Assembly: GCA_965140705.1 (NCBI GenBank)
Contig: OZ223300.1
Span: 1,024,001-1,088,000, forward strand
Direction: 5' to 3'
Length of the DNA: 64,000 nucleotides
Origin: an uncultured Arcobacter sp.
GTDB lineage: Bacteria > Campylobacterota > Campylobacteria > Campylobacterales > Arcobacteraceae
Below are positions 60,772 through 64,000 of this stretch, piece after piece. Below the pieces are notes generated by a model. It searched no databases. It worked only from the letters and a program-made list of their open reading frames with translations, and had not been told where the DNA came from. Numbering within the stretch: position 1 is the stretch's first letter; every line of letters starts with the position of its first letter. Both the position numbers and the translations under genes were made by a program.

Positions 60772-62194
60772 TATATTTACACATTTAGTTTTAGTTATGT
60801 CACTTGGTTGGTATTTGATTACCAATTTACAATGGTATAGCTATAAGTTAGAAAGAGTTGTCTTTAAGCATCATAAACTGCATTGGCATATCATATATTT
60901 TGTGACACCTTTTGTAATGTATTATTTATTGCCATCCTTATACTTTTTGATATATTTTTATGCTTTATATTTACCTTTATTGATTTTATGGAATATGAAA
61001 CTTGATAAACCTTTGGTTTTAACTTCACGGGTTCAAAGATTTTTAGCGATACTTTTATTTGTAACATTTAGTATAAGTCTTTTATGTTTTGTAAGTGAAA
61101 ATTGTAAATCTGCTGGCATTTTTATTCCACTATTTATAGCTTATTTGGTCTCTTTTTCATTGGAAAGAATATTTTTTATCTCTTTTAAACATAGAGCTAA
61201 AAAAAGACTTCAAGGTATAAAAGATTTAAAAATCATAGCAATTACTGCATCATATGGAAAAACATCTATAAAGAACTATTTATATCAAATACTTAAGTCA
61301 AAGTTCAATGCCTATAAGACTCCAAGAAGTGTAAATACCCTAGCAGGACTTGTGTTAGATGTAAATAGAGACTTACCAGAAAATACTGAGATATACATAG
61401 CAGAAGCGGGTGCTAGAATGCAAGGTGATATAGAAGAGATATCAAACTTCTTGCATCAAGATTATGCAATCTTAGGTCAAGTAGGGGAGCAACATATAGA
61501 GTATTTCAAAACTTTGGATAATATTATTCACACTAAAATGGAAATTTTAAAATCTCCAAAGATGATAAAAGCTTTTGTACATGAATCTGTACCAATTTTG
61601 GATTATGAAAAAATAGAAAAATTTCCAAATGATTTAAACATAACAAAAAGTAATTTAGATGGAATCTGGTTTGATGTAAATATTGATGAAAAACAAGAAC
61701 ATTTTTACGCACCAATACTTGGAAGTTTCAACGCAGTAAATCTAACAGCTTGTATTCTTATGGCAAAAGAGTTAGGTATGAGTATAGATCAAATAAAAAT
61801 AGCCCTAGATAAAATCAAGCCAGTAGAACATAGACTTCAAAAAATAGAAGCTGGTGGAAAAGTAATCATTGATGATAGTTTTAATGGAAATTTTGAGGGT
61901 ATGCTTGAAGCTGTAAATCTTTGTAGTGAATACAAAGGAAGAAAAGTAATCATAACTCCAGGTCTTGTAGAATCAACTGATGAGACAAATATCCTTTTAG
62001 CAAAAGAGATAAATAAACACTTCGATTTTATTATTTTAACTGGTTCATTAAATACTCATCTTTTTAGTGATAATATTGATAAAAATAAACAGTTTATCTT
62101 AAAAGATAAATCAAAAATGGAAGAGACTTTAGCAGAAAAAACAAGAGCAGGAGATTTAATCCTTTTTGCAAACGACGCTCCTAATTTTATTTAA
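60758..62194 (+). CDS. murF: Mur ligase, MurF-like with N-terminal TM segments
   Basis: ITASYGKTS, EHRL, IDDSFNGN, TPGLVE; epsilon ruvA-ddl-hydrolase-murF order. Confidence 0.8.
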   Translation: MEYFNIFTHLVLVMSLGWYLITNLQWYSYKLERVVFKHHKLHWHIIYFVTPFVMYYLLPSLYFLIYFYALYLPLLILWNMKLDKPLVLTSRVQRFLAILLFVTFSISLLCFVSENCKSAGIFIPLFIAYLVSFSLERIFFISFKHRAKKRLQGIKDLKIIAITASYGKTSIKNYLYQILKSKFNAYKTPRSVNTLAGLVLDVNRDLPENTEIYIAEAGARMQGDIEEISNFLHQDYAILGQVGEQHIEYFKTLDNIIHTKMEILKSPKMIKAFVHESVPILDYEKIEKFPNDLNITKSNLDGIWFDVNIDEKQEHFYAPILGSFNAVNLTACILMAKELGMSIDQIKIALDKIKPVEHRLQKIEAGGKVIIDDSFNGNFEGMLEAVNLCSEYKGRKVIITPGLVESTDETNILLAKEINKHFDFIILTGSLNTHLFSDNIDKNKQFILKDKSKMEETLAEKTRAGDLILFANDAPNFI

Positions 62195-62216
62195 GCTTTT
62201 GGCTTAGATAAAATTA

Positions 62217-62244
62217 AGTGAATAAGGAATAGTGAATAATGAAT
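62217..62244 (+). repeat. Heptamer tandem array, left arm of inverted pair
   Basis: AGTGAAT AAGGAAT AGTGAAT AATGAAT; contains the RBS and ATG of the next gene. Confidence 0.8.
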
Positions 62245-62592
62245 AATATTTTAGAATCTAAAAGTTATGATTTTGCTTTACGGATTGTAAAATTGTCTCG
62301 TTATTTACAAGAAGAAAAAAAAGAATTTATTTTATCTAAACAAATTCTTAGAAGTGGTACTGCAATTGGTGCTTTAGTTGCAGAATCACAATATGCCCAA
62401 TCAAAACCTGATTTTATTTCAAAGTTGCATATCTCTATAAAAGAGGCTAATGAAACTAAGTATTGGCTTTGCTTATTAAAAGATTCTTTTTATATAAATG
62501 ATAAAATGTACGATAGTTTAAATCCTGATTTGATAGAATTAATTAAAATATTAACTACAAGTATTAAAACAGCTAAGGAAAACAATGCTTAA
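62239..62592 (+). CDS. Four-helix-bundle protein (23S rRNA IVS protein / TIGR02436-like family)
   Basis: KSYDFA.RI, LSKQILRSGTAIGA...E, S..DFISKL.IS.KEANET.YWL. Confidence 0.9.
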   Translation: MNNILESKSYDFALRIVKLSRYLQEEKKEFILSKQILRSGTAIGALVAESQYAQSKPDFISKLHISIKEANETKYWLCLLKDSFYINDKMYDSLNPDLIELIKILTTSIKTAKENNA

Positions 62593-62593
62593 A

Positions 62594-62624
62594 ATTATTC
62601 ACTATTCATTATTCACTATTAATT
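62594..62624 (-). repeat. Heptamer tandem array, right arm (inverted)
   Basis: ATT ATTCACT ATTCATT ATTCACT ATTAATT; 23 of 24 nt complementary to 62217-62240. Confidence 0.8.
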
Positions 62625-62646
62625 TCTTTACATGGAGCAAAGCGTA

Positions 62647-63138
62647 ATGGAAAGAATATATGCACCTTGGCGATTTGAGTATGTAACAGAAGATAAGATT
62701 GAGGGGTGTGTATTTTGTCACATTTATGAAAATCCAAATGATGATGAAAAACTAGGTGTTGTTTTTAGAGATAAAAACTGCTATGTAGTTATGAACAAAT
62801 ACCCATACACTCCGGGTCATATGATGGTAATCCCAAACTTTCATACAGAAAATATAGAAGATTTAGATGATGAAGTATGGATTGAGATGTCTTTACGTGT
62901 TAAACAAGCTACAAAGATGTTAAAAGAGGTTTTAAATGCCGAGGGTATAAATATTGGTATGAATCTTAGCAAAGCTGCTGGTGCTGGTATAGCAGAGCAT
63001 GTTCATTATCATCTTGTTCCAAGATGGGGAGGGGATACTAATTTTATCACTACTATAGGAGATACTAGAGTTTATCCTGTTGATTTTGGGAAGATTTATA
63101 AGAAACTTTGTGAGAATGCTTTGGAGTATTTTGTTTAA
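62647..63138 (+). CDS. HIT family hydrolase (Ap4A phosphorylase-like)
   Basis: YAPWR, CVFC, NKYPY.PGH, HVHYHLVPRW.GD; GGAG before ATG 62647. Confidence 0.92.
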   Translation: MERIYAPWRFEYVTEDKIEGCVFCHIYENPNDDEKLGVVFRDKNCYVVMNKYPYTPGHMMVIPNFHTENIEDLDDEVWIEMSLRVKQATKMLKEVLNAEGINIGMNLSKAAGAGIAEHVHYHLVPRWGGDTNFITTIGDTRVYPVDFGKIYKKLCENALEYFV

Positions 63139-63174
63139 ATAGTACTCTATATATAATTTATAAAAAGGTAGAAA

Positions 63175-63597
63175 ATGAAATATATTAGTTTGATTATTTT
63201 AGTTTTGTTTATTGGATGTAGTTCTCAAGAAAATCTCATTAAAATTGATAATGGAAAAAGTCTTGATAAAAAACTTATTGGTGTGTGGACTGGAGAGAGA
63301 AGTAAGAATATTAAATGTAGATATTTTTCATGGACAATGCAAAGGGATAGTGATGGTACTTACAAAGTTGCCTTTTTTAATGATAAAAATAAATTTGATT
63401 TAATCCAAGCAGAAAGTGGATATTGGTGGGTAAAAGATGATAAATATTATGAACTAAATCCTAAAGTTATGAAAGAACCTGACGTTTATACATATAATCA
63501 GATTGATAAGAATACATTTCATTATAAGATGATAAATTATGATGTAACTGCTGACTGTAAAGAAGATTATGAATTTTCAGATATTAAGCTTAAATAA
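63175..63597 (+). CDS. Hypothetical lipoprotein
   Basis: Lipobox FIGC; LIGVW lipocalin-like strand pattern. Confidence 0.75.
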   Translation: MKYISLIILVLFIGCSSQENLIKIDNGKSLDKKLIGVWTGERSKNIKCRYFSWTMQRDSDGTYKVAFFNDKNKFDLIQAESGYWWVKDDKYYELNPKVMKEPDVYTYNQIDKNTFHYKMINYDVTADCKEDYEFSDIKLK

Positions 63598-63607
63598 GGA
63601 CATAGAT

Positions 63608-64000
63608 TCTTCTTACTTTGTATGGACAAAGTAAGCAAAACCATCAACGGCTGTGAAGCCCTTTTGGTTACTTCGCTTATTGTTTTATCTTTCCTGTCTT
63701 GCAAAACTCATAAATAAATATGCATTTAGCATATTTATTTACTCAAACAATTGCAAGCCTTTTTCGAAAAGATAAAACAAACATTCAGCTTCTGTAGATG
63801 TTGGAACTAAAGGTAGGATAAGGACATTTGCATTTTTGATTTGTCTAATCTTTTATCTTTTTTTTGAGTTACTTTATAAATGATAGTTTGAATTGTAGGG
63901 ATTTTTTTCTGCCTTTGATGAAGCCGAGTAGTTTTAAATTTTTTTCGGAAAAAGTCGAGGACTTGTTTGAAATAAAAAAGAGTGATAAACTCACTCTTTT
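63608..64000. repeat. Second copy of the structured inverted doublet (truncated by window end)
   Basis: Aligns with 7727-7966 and ~8040-8132; central spacer differs. Confidence 0.9.

Noticed and set aside
62239..62592. Avd of a diversity-generating retroelement or an rRNA IVS
   Set aside because: No reverse transcriptase, no TR/VR pair and no rRNA sequence in the window
63175..63597. Lipoprotein gene as another integron cassette
   Set aside because: No TAAC...GTT attC palindrome after the stop and no matching upstream core site

Overview
Low-GC Campylobacterota chromosome segment, Arcobacteraceae-like (inferred from the ruvA-ddl-hydrolase-murF order, fused urease gamma/beta subunit and epsilon-type RecO/CheZ). 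Left to right: (1) a selenium cluster with yedF-like (partial), a double-cubane reductase plus ATP-dependent activator, a UGA-recoded selD with SECIS, antisense tRNA-Sec, selA and selB; (2) a ~570-bp doublet of inverted structured repeats (second copy at the right edge) followed by an integrase-less integron cassette array with two 69-bp attC sites; (3) AraC/glycosyltransferase, fhs, pstSCAB, an amidoligase/glutamine-amidotransferase pair, sensors, ychF and a giant soluble Cache-CheW protein; (4) a nitrogen-scavenging island with a three-gene signalling module, urtABCDE, ureD, an allantoin catabolism block and the remaining urease genes; (5) tonB-exbBD, thiL, truD, chemotaxis and cell-wall genes, and a four-helix-bundle gene bracketed by inverted heptamer repeats. 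Main non-obvious signals: the cassette array, the covarying repeat doublets, a TGTATA-N5-TATACA palindrome at near-fixed spacing before five promoters, a SECIS-like hairpin in the selD leader, and the double-cubane reductase inside the Sec locus. All calls come from reading the sequence by eye; no searches were run.
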